Positions 1 through 9,736 of a stretch of 64,000 bases of DNA are shown here, one piece after another. The stretch is from NCBI GenBank assembly GCA_037142555.1, contig JBAXAJ010000004.1, positions 21,738 through 85,737 on the forward strand. Direction: 5' to 3'. The notes below the pieces were generated by a model that did not search any database, was not told the origin of the DNA, and worked only from the letters and a program-made list of their open reading frames with translations. Origin of the DNA: Candidatus Shapirobacteria bacterium. GTDB lineage: Bacteria; Patescibacteriota; Microgenomatia; UBA12405. Every line of letters starts with the position of its first letter. Position 1 is the first letter of the stretch. The position numbers and the translations under genes were made by a program.

Positions 1-52
1 GTAAAAACCCTCCGTCCCCGATGAATCGGGTCCACCTCCCTTAACAGGGCGG
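1..52 (+). repeat. Copy A of the ~52-nt element
   Basis: gtaaaaaccctccg-[tccccgatgaatcgggtc]-cacctcccttaacagggcgg at the window start. It may extend off-window. Confidence 0.6.
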
Positions 53-600
53 CTTTTTATAATTTCATTTAGTTTTTGAAAATCTTTTTCTAACATCACA
101 ATTTCACATCTGACTGAGCCGGTGAAGTTATCTTTAAAATTTTGGACAAAGTTTTTCATTTTGACTACATTTTGAGTTATGACATCTCCTATTTTTCCAT
201 CACCTCGAGTTATAGTATCGACTAGTTTTCCGTTTTTATATTCAATTTCTAGAGAGATTCCGTCACATTTTGGTTGGACAACAAAATCAATGTTGTTAGG
301 AATTTTTTTTAATTCAAAATAGTGAATAAGATCTTCTATATTATTTACTTTGTTTTGAGAACCCATTGGCATTTGGTGTTTCTTTTTATCAAAACCAGTG
401 TCAAAGTTTTCATTACCGACTTTGGTGAAGATTCGATGATAAGGATTTTTTTTACGCAAGATATCTTCTAGAACATCAAAAGTGTGGTCATCCATGGTTG
501 GTTTACTATCAATGTAGTAGGCTTTTTTAGCATCCATTAAAAGTTCACCTAATTTTTCAGGGGTGATAGTTTGAAGATCGATGGAGTCGAGAGTGATCAT
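1..600 (-). CDS. ligA: NAD-dependent DNA ligase LigA, N-terminal ~200 aa. The gene continues past the window start.
   Basis: Minus-strand translation from the ATG at 600 gives MITLDSIDLQ...AKKAYYIDSKPTMDDHTFDVLEDIL (LigA Ia domain pattern), then the adenylation lysine motif QPKCDGISLEIEY, TRGDGKIGDV and SVRCEIVM. The reading frame is open to position 1. It was not in the ORF track because it runs off the edge. Confidence 0.55.
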   Translation of the reverse strand, partial: MITLDSIDLQTITPEKLGELLMDAKKAYYIDSKPTMDDHTFDVLEDILRKKNPYHRIFTKVGNENFDTGFDKKKHQMPMGSQNKVNNIEDLIHYFELKKIPNNIDFVVQPKCDGISLEIEYKNGKLVDTITRGDGKIGDVITQNVVKMKNFVQNFKDNFTGSVRCEIVMLEKDFQKLNEIIKSRPVKGGGPDSSGTEGFY

Positions 601-1671
601 CTAAACATTAACTAAACAATAGTAGGCGCCTTTTGTGGAACCTCTTTTTTCAATTGCACCGGTGTCGACTAATTTCTTAAGATCGCGCCAGATGGTGTCA
701 TCGGAAACCATTGGTAGAAGTTGTTGAGCATCAGGCATTCTTAAACCACCAAATTGTTGCATGTATTCAACTAATTTAATTTGTCTTTCAGTTAAGTGAA
801 TTTGTTTACCACCAAGTTTTTGTTTAAGTTTGATATCGCGAGAAAGAGATTGAACTTTATCTTTGACTCGGGAAAGTTCAATAGTTAAAGCTTCAGTGAA
901 ATATTCGATCCATTTAGTTAAATCTCTTTTGAAAAGATTTGAGGAAAGTTGATGAGTAGCTTGAATGGTGTTGTAGTAATCTTCAGCATTACGATCGAAA
1001 TATTCTTCAAGAGAAAAGAGACGACGAATGTCATAACCTTCGACATAGAGAGGAAGCATAGCAAAAGCTCGGCTGACTCGGCCATTACCTTCGATGAATG
1101 GATGGATGGCAACTAAAATATATTGAGCGATAGCAGAACGAATGGCTGGATGGATTTCTCGAGATTCAGCGTTGTTTAGCCAATCGACAAAATCAGTAAC
1201 TAGATATGGAACCTCTATAGCTGGTGGTGGTCGATGAGCAATTTCACCAGTTCTAGTGTTTTTTAAAACAACTTGTTGGTGACGATATTTGCCACATTCA
1301 CTTTCAGGGATGACTTTGTCGGTTGTTAACTCATGAATTTTTTTGATTATTTCTTCATCATATTTGAAAGGATTAGTTTTTGGCAGTTTTTCTAGATAAT
1401 CGACAACATTGCGATAGTTGATTACTTCTTGGATATCTCGTTCTCCAGCAGTGACTTTGTGGCCTTCAACTAGTTTGGCAACTTCTTGGAAAGTTAGGTC
1501 ATTACCTTCAATTCTGGTTCCATAGTGGACAGTTCGGACGATTGCTTCTTGTTGGAATTGTTTTTCGTAGGCTGGGATGAGTGGAGCTTCATCAATAATG
1601 GCCCTAGCAGCTTCAATTGAGCTGATGTTTTTGAGGATTTTGTTATTGATGGTAAAGACGGGATAAAACAT
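601..1671 (-). CDS. Fic family protein (Fic/Doc adenylyltransferase fold)
   Basis: Canonical Fic motif HPFIEGNGRVSRAFAM, with a C-terminal winged-helix-like tail. Confidence 0.75.
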   Translation of the reverse strand: MFYPVFTINNKILKNISSIEAARAIIDEAPLIPAYEKQFQQEAIVRTVHYGTRIEGNDLTFQEVAKLVEGHKVTAGERDIQEVINYRNVVDYLEKLPKTNPFKYDEEIIKKIHELTTDKVIPESECGKYRHQQVVLKNTRTGEIAHRPPPAIEVPYLVTDFVDWLNNAESREIHPAIRSAIAQYILVAIHPFIEGNGRVSRAFAMLPLYVEGYDIRRLFSLEEYFDRNAEDYYNTIQATHQLSSNLFKRDLTKWIEYFTEALTIELSRVKDKVQSLSRDIKLKQKLGGKQIHLTERQIKLVEYMQQFGGLRMPDAQQLLPMVSDDTIWRDLKKLVDTGAIEKRGSTKGAYYCLVNV

Positions 1672-1719
1672 CTTCTAAATTATAGCACTTTTTTGGGAAT
1701 TGATAAGGGGAAAATGCGG

Positions 1720-2319
1720 TTAAAAAAATATATAGTCGAGGGCTGATTTTGGATCAACATTGGACTTAATCATTTGGATGGCTTTAATTATCTTTTCAAT
1801 AGTTTGAACGGTTTTTTGATCTGGATTTTTGATTAATTCAGCTTGGTAGAGCTTGAGTTGGTCCTCTAGAGCTGGAAGAATTTCTTCCTTGGAAAGTTCG
1901 TCATCTATGGTTAAGAATTTGGCTGAAGAAATTTCTTTTTCAGAATTGATTTTGATAGTGTGACAACGAGAGATGATGGTCGGCAGAAGAGAAGATGCTT
2001 TGTTAGTGGTAATGATTAAGTAATTGTTGTCTCCTGGTTCTTCTAGGACTTTTAGTAGAGCATTTTGGGCCTCTGTAGCCAGATTGTGGGCTTCTTCAAT
2101 CACAATAATTTTAGACTGATGAGAAAAGGCTTTTTGAGAAAGAAATTTTTTTAGAGTTCTGATGACATCTATGCCAAAACCAGTTTGAAAGTTGATTTTT
2201 AGCAAATCTGGGTTATTTTCATTGAAAATATGGCCTAAAGATTGGCAAATTTCATCAATTTTTTGGTTGATTAATTCGCTTTTTGTAGAAATGATTAGTG
2301 TTGATGGGAAGAGCTTCAT
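1720..2319 (-). CDS. holB: DNA polymerase III delta' subunit (clamp loader), short form
   Basis: AAA+ clamp-loader box VII/sensor region IIVIEEAHNLATEAQNALLKVLEEP...ISRCHTIKI with no Walker A. The likely start is the internal Met (MKLFPSTL) at 2319, not the ORF-track start at 2514, which would overlap pilB. Confidence 0.55.
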   Translation of the reverse strand: MKLFPSTLIISTKSELINQKIDEICQSLGHIFNENNPDLLKINFQTGFGIDVIRTLKKFLSQKAFSHQSKIIVIEEAHNLATEAQNALLKVLEEPGDNNYLIITTNKASSLLPTIISRCHTIKINSEKEISSAKFLTIDDELSKEEILPALEDQLKLYQAELIKNPDQKTVQTIEKIIKAIQMIKSNVDPKSALDYIFF

Positions 2320-2335
2320 ACTGTAGTATTTTATT

Positions 2336-4075
2336 ATGACTGATTTTAGTCCAAAAATATATAAGAGTTTAAAAGAGGTTCTTTTAAGTAAGGGCTTAAT
2401 TAAACAGGAACAGTTTGATGAGATTGGACTAAGACAATTAAAGAATGGTGAATCTGAAGAGGGAATAATCAAAGATCTAAGAATAGTTGATGATATTGAA
2501 TTCACAAAAGCCAAGGCAGAGTTTATGCGGGTTGATTATGTTGATCTAGACACTATTGGTTTTTCTCCAGAAGCTTTGACTTTAGTTCCAGAAAGTGTGG
2601 CTCAGAAATATAAAATAGTCCCCTATAAGCTAGACCCAAAAACAAAAACTTTGTTTGTGACCATGGTTAATCCTCTAGATTTAGAGACAATTGAATTTCT
2701 AGAGAAAAAAACTAATCTAGAAATTGCAACTTCGATTTCAACTGAAAAACAAATTAGTTCTTTTATTAAAGAGAAATATATTAGAGAAAAGAACATAACT
2801 TCAGAAGTAACTAAAGCTTTGGATGAAAGAAAGGAAGAAGAAAAACAAGTTTCTGATTCTCGAGAAAAAGTTGCAGCTGAAGCACCAGTGGCTAAGATTG
2901 TGTCCACTATTTTGGAATACGCAGTTAAATCTCGAGCTTCTGATGTCCACATTGAACCTCAAGAAGATAATGTTCGAATTAGATACAGAATTGACGGTAT
3001 TTTGCAGGAAAAATATATATTACCAAGAAATGTTTGTGAGGCAGTTATTTCTAGAATTAAAATTTTGTCTAATTTAAAAATTGATGAAAAAAGAGTTCCT
3101 CAAGATGGTCGTTTCTTTTTCACAACTGATGGGAATGACGTTGATTTGCGGGTTTCAACTTTGCCAACCACTTATGGAGAAAAGATAGTTATGCGTTTGT
3201 TGCAAAAAGCTAAGAAAGTGCCAACTTTGCCAGATTTGGGACTTCGTGGTTTAGCTTTGAAAAATTTAATGAGTTCAATTGCTAGACCTCATGGAATCAT
3301 TATTGTCTGTGGTCCAACTGGTTCTGGTAAAACTACAACTCTATATTCAGTTTTGGATATTGTGGCAACTTCAAAAGTTAATGTAGTGACAGTTGAAGAT
3401 CCAGTCGAATATCAAATGAAAGGAGTAAATCAGGTTCAAGTGAACGTACAGGCTGGTTTAACTTTTAGTTCGGCTTTGCGTTCATTTTTGCGTCAAGATC
3501 CTAATGTCATTATGGTTGGAGAAATCCGAGATACAGAAACTGCTGAATTGGCTATTAATGCTGCTTTGACTGGTCATTTAGTCTTCTCTACTCTACACAC
3601 AAATGATGCTTCTGGTGTGCCGCCACGACTTTTAGACATGGGTTGTGAACCATTTTTGTTAGTATCTTCATTAAATTGTGTGGTTGGTCAGCGGGTGTTG
3701 AGACGAGTTTGCACAAATTGTGTGACTCAAGTTGATATGCCGCCTGAAAGTGAGCAAGAATTAAGAAAGACTTTGGGTCCAATTTATGACACAGTGGCAA
3801 ATAAATTTAAGATTGATGGCAAAAAGATGGGATTACCAAAAATTGTTGGTTGTGAAAAATGTAATAACACTGGATATTTAGGTCGAGTTGCTATTTATGA
3901 AGTGATGCCAATTTCGGAAAAAATAGGTAAATTAATTGTGGAAAAAGCTTCTGACACTGATATTCAGAAACTAGCTATGGAGGAAGGAATGTTGACTATG
4001 AAACAAGATGGTTACGTTAAAGTTTTAGAAGGTGTGACGACTATGGACGAAGTTATTAGAGTCGCACAGTATTAA
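2336..4075 (+). CDS. pilB: Type IV pilus assembly ATPase PilB (GspE family)
   Basis: Walker A GPTGSGKTT, an N-terminal GSPII-type domain, and the tetracysteine motif CxxC...CxxC near the C-terminus. Confidence 0.85.
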   Translation: MTDFSPKIYKSLKEVLLSKGLIKQEQFDEIGLRQLKNGESEEGIIKDLRIVDDIEFTKAKAEFMRVDYVDLDTIGFSPEALTLVPESVAQKYKIVPYKLDPKTKTLFVTMVNPLDLETIEFLEKKTNLEIATSISTEKQISSFIKEKYIREKNITSEVTKALDERKEEEKQVSDSREKVAAEAPVAKIVSTILEYAVKSRASDVHIEPQEDNVRIRYRIDGILQEKYILPRNVCEAVISRIKILSNLKIDEKRVPQDGRFFFTTDGNDVDLRVSTLPTTYGEKIVMRLLQKAKKVPTLPDLGLRGLALKNLMSSIARPHGIIIVCGPTGSGKTTTLYSVLDIVATSKVNVVTVEDPVEYQMKGVNQVQVNVQAGLTFSSALRSFLRQDPNVIMVGEIRDTETAELAINAALTGHLVFSTLHTNDASGVPPRLLDMGCEPFLLVSSLNCVVGQRVLRRVCTNCVTQVDMPPESEQELRKTLGPIYDTVANKFKIDGKKMGLPKIVGCEKCNNTGYLGRVAIYEVMPISEKIGKLIVEKASDTDIQKLAMEEGMLTMKQDGYVKVLEGVTTMDEVIRVAQY

Positions 4076-4076
4076 A

Positions 4077-5147
4077 ATGCATACAAAAATTACGGAATTA
4101 TTAAGTTTAGCGGTGGCAAACAAAGCTTCGGATATCCATTTAATAACTGGTAGTGTGCCTAAATTGAGAGTTTTTGGAGAATTAGTGGAAGCAACTCAAT
4201 TTGCCAATATTGAAGATAAGATGATGGAAGAAATGATTTTTTCTTTGTTGACTGAAGAACAAAAGAAAATTGTTTTGGAACAAAGAGAATTGGATTTTTC
4301 AGTTGAATCTCCAGAATCAAGATTCAGATGTAATGTTTATTATCAAAAAGGTTTAATTGCTTGCGCTTTGAGATTAATTTCGGCTGAAATTCCTGGTTTT
4401 GGGGAACTTAATTTACCTGAGTCTTTTAAGACTTTTACTACTTTAAAACAGGGTTTTGTATTGGTGACTGGTCCAACTGGTCATGGGAAATCAACCACAA
4501 TAGCTTCAATTTTAAATGAAATTAATAAGACTAAAGGTGGACATATTGTTACGATTGAAGATCCAGTTGAGTATTTGATTAAACCTATAAAAGCAATGGT
4601 CTCCCAAAGAGAAATTGGTTCTGACACAAAAAATTTTGATTTAGCTTTGAGGTCTTGTCTAAGACAAGATCCAAATGTGGTTTTTGTGGGAGAAATGAGA
4701 GATTTGGAATCTATTTCTTCGGCTTTAACTATTGCGGAAACTGGACATCTAGTTTTTTCAGTTCTACACACTAATTCAGCTTCTCAGACAATAGACAGAA
4801 TTGTTGATGTTTTTCCTGACAGTTCTAAAGATCAAATTAAAGTTCAATTAGCTTCGGTGGTGACGGCAATAATTTCTCAAAGATTAGTGCCAGCAATTAA
4901 AGGTGGTCGAGTTCCAGCTTTTGAAATCTTAATGATTACTCCAGCAGTCAGAAATGTGATTCGAGAAGGAAAAACTTTCATGATTGATAACATTATTCAA
5001 ACTAGTAGCGAGCTAGGAATGGTTAGTTTAGAAAGCTCTTTGGCTAAATTAGTTAAAGATGGTTTGGTTTCTGAGGAAGTGGCTCTAAATTATGTTACTA
5101 ATCCATTGGAATTTCAAAATAAACTAAGGAGAAATCAAACTCTATGA
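4077..5147 (+). CDS. pilT: Twitching motility / pilus retraction ATPase PilT
   Basis: Walker A GPTGHGKSTT and PilT-family length and motifs (AIRNVIREGK). Confidence 0.85.
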   Translation: MHTKITELLSLAVANKASDIHLITGSVPKLRVFGELVEATQFANIEDKMMEEMIFSLLTEEQKKIVLEQRELDFSVESPESRFRCNVYYQKGLIACALRLISAEIPGFGELNLPESFKTFTTLKQGFVLVTGPTGHGKSTTIASILNEINKTKGGHIVTIEDPVEYLIKPIKAMVSQREIGSDTKNFDLALRSCLRQDPNVVFVGEMRDLESISSALTIAETGHLVFSVLHTNSASQTIDRIVDVFPDSSKDQIKVQLASVVTAIISQRLVPAIKGGRVPAFEILMITPAVRNVIREGKTFMIDNIIQTSSELGMVSLESSLAKLVKDGLVSEEVALNYVTNPLEFQNKLRRNQTL

Positions 5148-6355
5148 CCAGATTTTTGTACAAAGCTAAGGATTGGAATGGAAAGATGATTAAAGGTATT
5201 TTAGAGATGAACACTAAAGCTGATGTTTTAGAATCTATTAAAACTGGTGGATTAGTCCCCTTGTCGGTTAGTGAAGAAAAAAATAGTGTTTTTACGGAAA
5301 TTTATAAAAATATTTTTTCCAAAGTTGGTTTGAAGCAGGTAGCCAGTTTTACTCGTCAACTTTCAACTATGTTAAATTCTGGTTTAGCTTTGACTGATGC
5401 CTTATCCTTATTAAAAAATCAATTTGAAAGAACAACTTTGATGTTTGAAATTGTGGAAAGTGCCCTAAATACGGTTCAAGGGGGACATTCTTTGGGAGAA
5501 GCTTTGGATAAATATCAAAAGGTTTTTGGTGAGGCCTACATTGCTTCAATTAATGCTGGTGAAGAAGGAGGAGTCTTGGAAGAAATTTTGACAAAATTAG
5601 CTGATAGCTTAGAAAAAGAACAAGAATTTAAAAGTAAAGTCAAAGGAGCCATGATTTATCCAATAATCGTGGTTATTGGTATGTTGATTGTGGCAGTGAT
5701 TATGATGCTTTTTGTGGTGCCAAAACTTTTGGGACTTTATGGTGATTTTGGTTCGAAGTTGCCAGCTTCAACTCAAGTATTAATGACAATGTCGAATTTC
5801 ACTAAGAACTTTTGGTTTCTTTTGCCAATCATTGGAATAGGAATTTATATGTTTTTAAAAGTTGGTAATCAAAACCCAAAATTAAAATTAGCAATTGATA
5901 CTTATAAACTTAGATTGCCTGTTTTTGGACCATTAATCAGAAAAAATATTTTAGCTTCAACAATGAGGACTCTATCGATGCTTTTGTCAGCTGGAATTTC
6001 TTTGGTTGAAGCTCTGAGAATTGTGGCTAAAGTGGCTGGAAATGAATTATATAATCAATCGTTTTTAAGCATAGCCGAAAGAGTTCAAAAAGGATTTAAT
6101 ATTTCATCTTCTTTTGAAGAATCAGGAATTTATCCGCCAATTGTTAATCAGATGGTGGCAACTGGTGAGGCAACTGGAAAACTAGATGAGGTTTTATTGA
6201 GGGTGTCTGAGTATTTTGCCACTGAAGCAGAACAATCAGTCAAATCTTTAACTTCAGCAATCGAACCATTAATTATGATAGTTTTGGGAATTGGGGTTGC
6301 TTTCTTGGTTATTGCCGTCATAATGCCAATCTACAACTTGACATCGCAATTTTAG
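5144..6355 (+). CDS. pilC: Type IV pilus inner-membrane platform protein PilC (GspF family)
   Basis: Two GspF repeats with three TM segments. It directly follows pilB and pilT. Confidence 0.8.
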   Translation: MTRFLYKAKDWNGKMIKGILEMNTKADVLESIKTGGLVPLSVSEEKNSVFTEIYKNIFSKVGLKQVASFTRQLSTMLNSGLALTDALSLLKNQFERTTLMFEIVESALNTVQGGHSLGEALDKYQKVFGEAYIASINAGEEGGVLEEILTKLADSLEKEQEFKSKVKGAMIYPIIVVIGMLIVAVIMMLFVVPKLLGLYGDFGSKLPASTQVLMTMSNFTKNFWFLLPIIGIGIYMFLKVGNQNPKLKLAIDTYKLRLPVFGPLIRKNILASTMRTLSMLLSAGISLVEALRIVAKVAGNELYNQSFLSIAERVQKGFNISSSFEESGIYPPIVNQMVATGEATGKLDEVLLRVSEYFATEAEQSVKSLTSAIEPLIMIVLGIGVAFLVIAVIMPIYNLTSQF

Positions 6356-6403
6356 TAGTAAATAATGATATTAAGAACTTATTTAATTGTTAATTTAAAA
6401 AAA

Positions 6404-7039
6404 ATGAAAATAAAGAATTTGGGTTTTACATTAGTAGAACTTTTAATAGTTATCGCTTTGATTGCAATTTTATCTGTCGCTGTTTTAGCAACAATCAATC
6501 CTATCGAACAATCAGCTAAAGCAAGAGACGCAGCTTTCAAAAATGACGCAGCTGAAATTTTGAGTGCTTATGAGAGATATTTTGCTGGTGGTGCTAGTCA
6601 AAATGCTGGTGCATATCCTTGGACTAAAGGTACTGAGGATGTAACTCAAGTATTAAAGAGTACAGATTATACCTTTGGAATTGTTGATGTTGGTGATTCT
6701 AAATCTGTTTTAATTTCCACTTCAGAATTAAAAGCATCTTTCCAAGGTAAAAAACCTTTTTTAACTGATGTTTCAGCTGATGACACGATGTACACATACC
6801 ATAATGCTAATATAAATGATAATTATGTTTGTTTTGTCCCAAAATCAAAAGCTAATAGAGCTTTACCTTTGAAATGTATTACTGGGACTGGTGATAATAA
6901 AGCATTACTCAATGCGGGTGATACTGATTGTGCTGCAGTAACTGATTGGGGTGCTAGTGGTGTCACTACTGTTAACAATACTACTCAAAATAAGAATGCA
7001 ATTTTAATGTGTGTTCCTGAAGGTAATATTGCCCCATAA
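6404..7039 (+). CDS. Major type IV pilin candidate
   Basis: Class III signal MKIKNLGFTLVELLIVIALIA (G|FTLVE). It has a C-terminal cysteine pair and is followed by a strong intrinsic terminator. Its likely start is 6404, not 6365. Confidence 0.7.
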   Translation: MKIKNLGFTLVELLIVIALIAILSVAVLATINPIEQSAKARDAAFKNDAAEILSAYERYFAGGASQNAGAYPWTKGTEDVTQVLKSTDYTFGIVDVGDSKSVLISTSELKASFQGKKPFLTDVSADDTMYTYHNANINDNYVCFVPKSKANRALPLKCITGTGDNKALLNAGDTDCAAVTDWGASGVTTVNNTTQNKNAILMCVPEGNIAP

Positions 7040-7062
7040 GTTAAGTTGATTTGAATTTAAAC

Positions 7063-7088
7063 CCTCCCGAAGACTCGGGGGGTTTTTG
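7063..7088 (+). terminator. Rho-independent terminator after the major pilin gene
   Basis: Hairpin ccctcccga-agac-tcgggggg followed by ttttt. Confidence 0.7.
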
Positions 7089-7116
7089 GTTGGTTGGCTT
7101 TAGTGTAGAATAAATT

Positions 7117-7965
7117 ATGATTATTACATTAGGTGTTTTGATTTTTGTTTTAGGGTTGTGTTTTGGATCTTTTGTGAATATGTTGGAGTATCGGTTGGCG
7201 AGGAAATATAAACTAATTTCTAAATCTAAATTTCTAATTTCTAATAACAAGAGAAGTTTTTGTGATGGATGTGGGAAGAAATTGGGATTTTTTGAAAATA
7301 TTCCGGTTCTTTCTTGGTTAATTCAAAAAGGTAGGACAAAATGTTGTAACAAAAAATTGCCACTCTCCTACCCTATTGTGGAATTATTAATGGGAATTTT
7401 GTTTTTCTTATTTTTTCTATTTAAAATTTTTCCAAATTTAAACAGTGGTTTTGTTTTTGTGATTCCAGGATTAGATTTCTTTTCTCTACAAATGACAATT
7501 GAATTGTTAGTTTATTTGATAATTATTGTTTGTTTGGTTTTCAGCGCTGTTTTTGATTTGAAATATATGATTTTGCCAGACATCTCAACTGGGATTTTGG
7601 TTGGGTGTGCGGTGTTTTTGATGGTCCTTGGTAGACACGGGGGTCTACCTGTACAGAATCTGTTGTCGGCCTTGGTTGCTTTTGGCTTTTTAGGAAGCAT
7701 ATATTTGTTAACTAAAGGCAAAGGAATGGGTTTTGGTGATGTTAAATATGTCATATTTATGGGTTTATTTTTAGGTTGTCAAAAAACAATTTTGGCTTTT
7801 TATGTGGCTTTTATTGTGGGAGCAATAGTTGGGATATTTCTAATGGTTCTTAAAAAAGCTAACAGAAAGAGTCAAATCCCATTTGGTCCATTTTTAATAT
7901 TAGGAACATTTTTAGCTTGGTTTTTGGGAGATATTATTATTAAATTTCTAATTTCTAATTTCTAA
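7117..7965 (+). CDS. pilD: Prepilin peptidase PilD (A24 family)
   Basis: N-terminal CxxC...CC zinc motif, catalytic GFGDVKY and PFGPFLILG motifs, and multiple TM segments. Confidence 0.8.
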   Translation: MIITLGVLIFVLGLCFGSFVNMLEYRLARKYKLISKSKFLISNNKRSFCDGCGKKLGFFENIPVLSWLIQKGRTKCCNKKLPLSYPIVELLMGILFFLFFLFKIFPNLNSGFVFVIPGLDFFSLQMTIELLVYLIIIVCLVFSAVFDLKYMILPDISTGILVGCAVFLMVLGRHGGLPVQNLLSALVAFGFLGSIYLLTKGKGMGFGDVKYVIFMGLFLGCQKTILAFYVAFIVGAIVGIFLMVLKKANRKSQIPFGPFLILGTFLAWFLGDIIIKFLISNF

Positions 7966-7970
7966 AAAAT

Positions 7971-8390
7971 ATGAATATTATAAAAAATAAAACGGGTTTT
8001 ACATTAATTGAAATAATGATAGTTTTCACTATTGTTGCAGTGTTGATAGTAATAACAGTTATGACTTTAAATCCAATTGCCTTGCAAGGCAGAGGCAATG
8101 ATGCTCGAATAAAAAGTGATCTTAATAAAATTAAAATTGCTTTTGAAGAATATAATAATGATAATAATTCTTATCCAATGGATATTGGCGCTTCAAATAC
8201 AAAAGATAATTGTGGGAAAACTATTATTAAACAATTAAATAGTTGGCCATGTAAGCCTGGGGGTGGAATTTATACAATTAATATTGGTACTAGTAATAAT
8301 TCTCAATGGTTTAAAGTTATCACAGTTTTAAGTACTGGAGAGACATATGGAGTTTCAAGTTCTAATATAAAGTTTACTGATTCGCTATAA
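7971..8390 (+). CDS. Type IV pilin-like protein (minor pilin)
   Basis: MNIIKNKTGFTLIEIMIV class III signal. Confidence 0.7.
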   Translation: MNIIKNKTGFTLIEIMIVFTIVAVLIVITVMTLNPIALQGRGNDARIKSDLNKIKIAFEEYNNDNNSYPMDIGASNTKDNCGKTIIKQLNSWPCKPGGGIYTINIGTSNNSQWFKVITVLSTGETYGVSSSNIKFTDSL

Positions 8391-8396
8391 TTAACT

Positions 8397-8861
8397 ATGA
8401 AAAAAAATAAATCAAATCCTCTTTTTGTCGAACTTTTGATTGTAGTGGTGGCGCTTTCAATTTTAGGTTTTATTACCTATCAACAATTTGCTTTGGCTGA
8501 GGCTAGATCAAGAGACATCCAAAGAAAAAATGATTTAAATGAAATCTCAAAAGCTATTAGATTATATTTCGCTGACTATGGTCATTTACCATCAGCAGTT
8601 GATAGTAAAAAAGATCCAAACATAAACAAAACTTTTGGGAAGCCTTTTGTTGATGATAAAGATTATGTTTATATGAAACAAATGCCAAAAGAAAATTATT
8701 TAGTTAATAAACCTTTTTGTTATTTACAAAATGAAGCTAGTGGATCTTTCACTTTGTATGCTCAACTAGAAGATAAATCAGATTTGCAGTGTAAAAAAGA
8801 AGAATTGTCGTGTGGCGGAGTTAAATATTGTTATACTTATATTGTAGATGCAAATAAATAA
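8397..8861 (+). CDS. Pilin-like protein with a degenerate prepilin signal
   Basis: Paralog of the 9258-9722 pilin: RKNDLNEISKAIRLYFADYG versus RKSELNSVSKALQMYYNDYG, with the same C-terminal Cys spacing. The signal reads SNPLFVELL, so Gly-1 and Phe+1 are replaced. Confidence 0.55.
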   Translation: MKKNKSNPLFVELLIVVVALSILGFITYQQFALAEARSRDIQRKNDLNEISKAIRLYFADYGHLPSAVDSKKDPNINKTFGKPFVDDKDYVYMKQMPKENYLVNKPFCYLQNEASGSFTLYAQLEDKSDLQCKKEELSCGGVKYCYTYIVDANK

Positions 8862-9258
8862 AAGAAAGGGTTTTAGTTTGATTGAACTATTGGTAGTTAT
8901 TTCCATAATTGCCGTGTTAACTGCAGTTTTGGTGGCTAATTTCATGGGGGCTCGAGAAAGAGCTCGTGATGCTCAAAAAATTTCAGATTTGGAATCTTTA
9001 AAAGGAGCTTTGAGATTATATTATAATGATCATCAAAATTATCCAATTAATGATACTGTCATCAATGATGTTGGGTTTACTGGTTATATATCAAATGTTA
9101 GTGGTATTGGTTTTACTTATGAACAAACAAGTGGTGGTGATGGATTTAATTTGTCTACTCAACTAGAAGCTGGGGCTGGTGATGATGACACTAATTCTCA
9201 AACTAAGTGTGGAATTACAGAACCTGTAGATAAAATATTTGTTGTTTGTGCTAGATAA
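8848..9258 (+). CDS. Type IV pilin-like protein
   Basis: MQINKRKGFSLIELLVVISIIAVL. Confidence 0.7.
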   Translation: MQINKRKGFSLIELLVVISIIAVLTAVLVANFMGARERARDAQKISDLESLKGALRLYYNDHQNYPINDTVINDVGFTGYISNVSGIGFTYEQTSGGDGFNLSTQLEAGAGDDDTNSQTKCGITEPVDKIFVVCAR

Positions 9259-9722
9259 TGAAAAACAAAAAAGGATTTACATTAATTGAATTATTAGTAG
9301 TCATTTCAATAATGGCGATTTTGACAATAATCATTGCAGCTTCATTTTCTTCGGCCCAAACTAAAGGTAGAGATATAAAAAGAAAATCGGAATTGAACAG
9401 TGTGTCTAAGGCTTTGCAAATGTATTACAATGATTATGGTTATTTCCCTACTGCTCTAGAGATAACTCCTGGTGGAAAGTTTGAAAAGGGTGATCCTTCT
9501 TATGTTTATATGGCGGAATTGCCAAAAGAAGTGGTGAAAACTATGCCAGAGTTTAACTATGAACCAACCCCAAGTGGTTGTGATAATAGTGTTACTAATA
9601 AATGTATTGCATATACACTATCAGCTGGACTGGAAAATAGAGATGATGTTCAGTGTAAAAAAAATAATAATAATGAATGTTTTTATTATTTATACAGTCC
9701 TAACTTCACACCTGCACTTTAG
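9258..9722 (+). CDS. Type IV pilin-like protein
   Basis: MKNKKGFTLIELLVVISIMAIL, with a C-terminal Cys pair. Confidence 0.7.
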   Translation: MKNKKGFTLIELLVVISIMAILTIIIAASFSSAQTKGRDIKRKSELNSVSKALQMYYNDYGYFPTALEITPGGKFEKGDPSYVYMAELPKEVVKTMPEFNYEPTPSGCDNSVTNKCIAYTLSAGLENRDDVQCKKNNNNECFYYLYSPNFTPAL

Positions 9723-9736
9723 TGTAGAATTAAATT

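Noticed and set aside
1-52. Possibility that copy A is the 3' end of a 16S rRNA gene lying upstream of the window
   Set aside because: The tail is CACCUCCCUU rather than the near-invariant GAUCACCUCCUUU. The helix-45 loop (GGAA) is absent. An identical-architecture copy sits between two tRNAs with no rRNA nearby. The resemblance is kept only as a speculative 'mimic' idea.
2623-3077. Internal and antisense ORFs inside pilB (2623..2952 -, 2823..3077 +), and similar ones inside other long genes (918..1112, 3588..3800, 4481..4771, 13592..13816, 15507..15878, 16137..16618 and others)
   Set aside because: They are embedded in strongly supported genes on the other strand or frame. They have low-complexity translations and no motifs.
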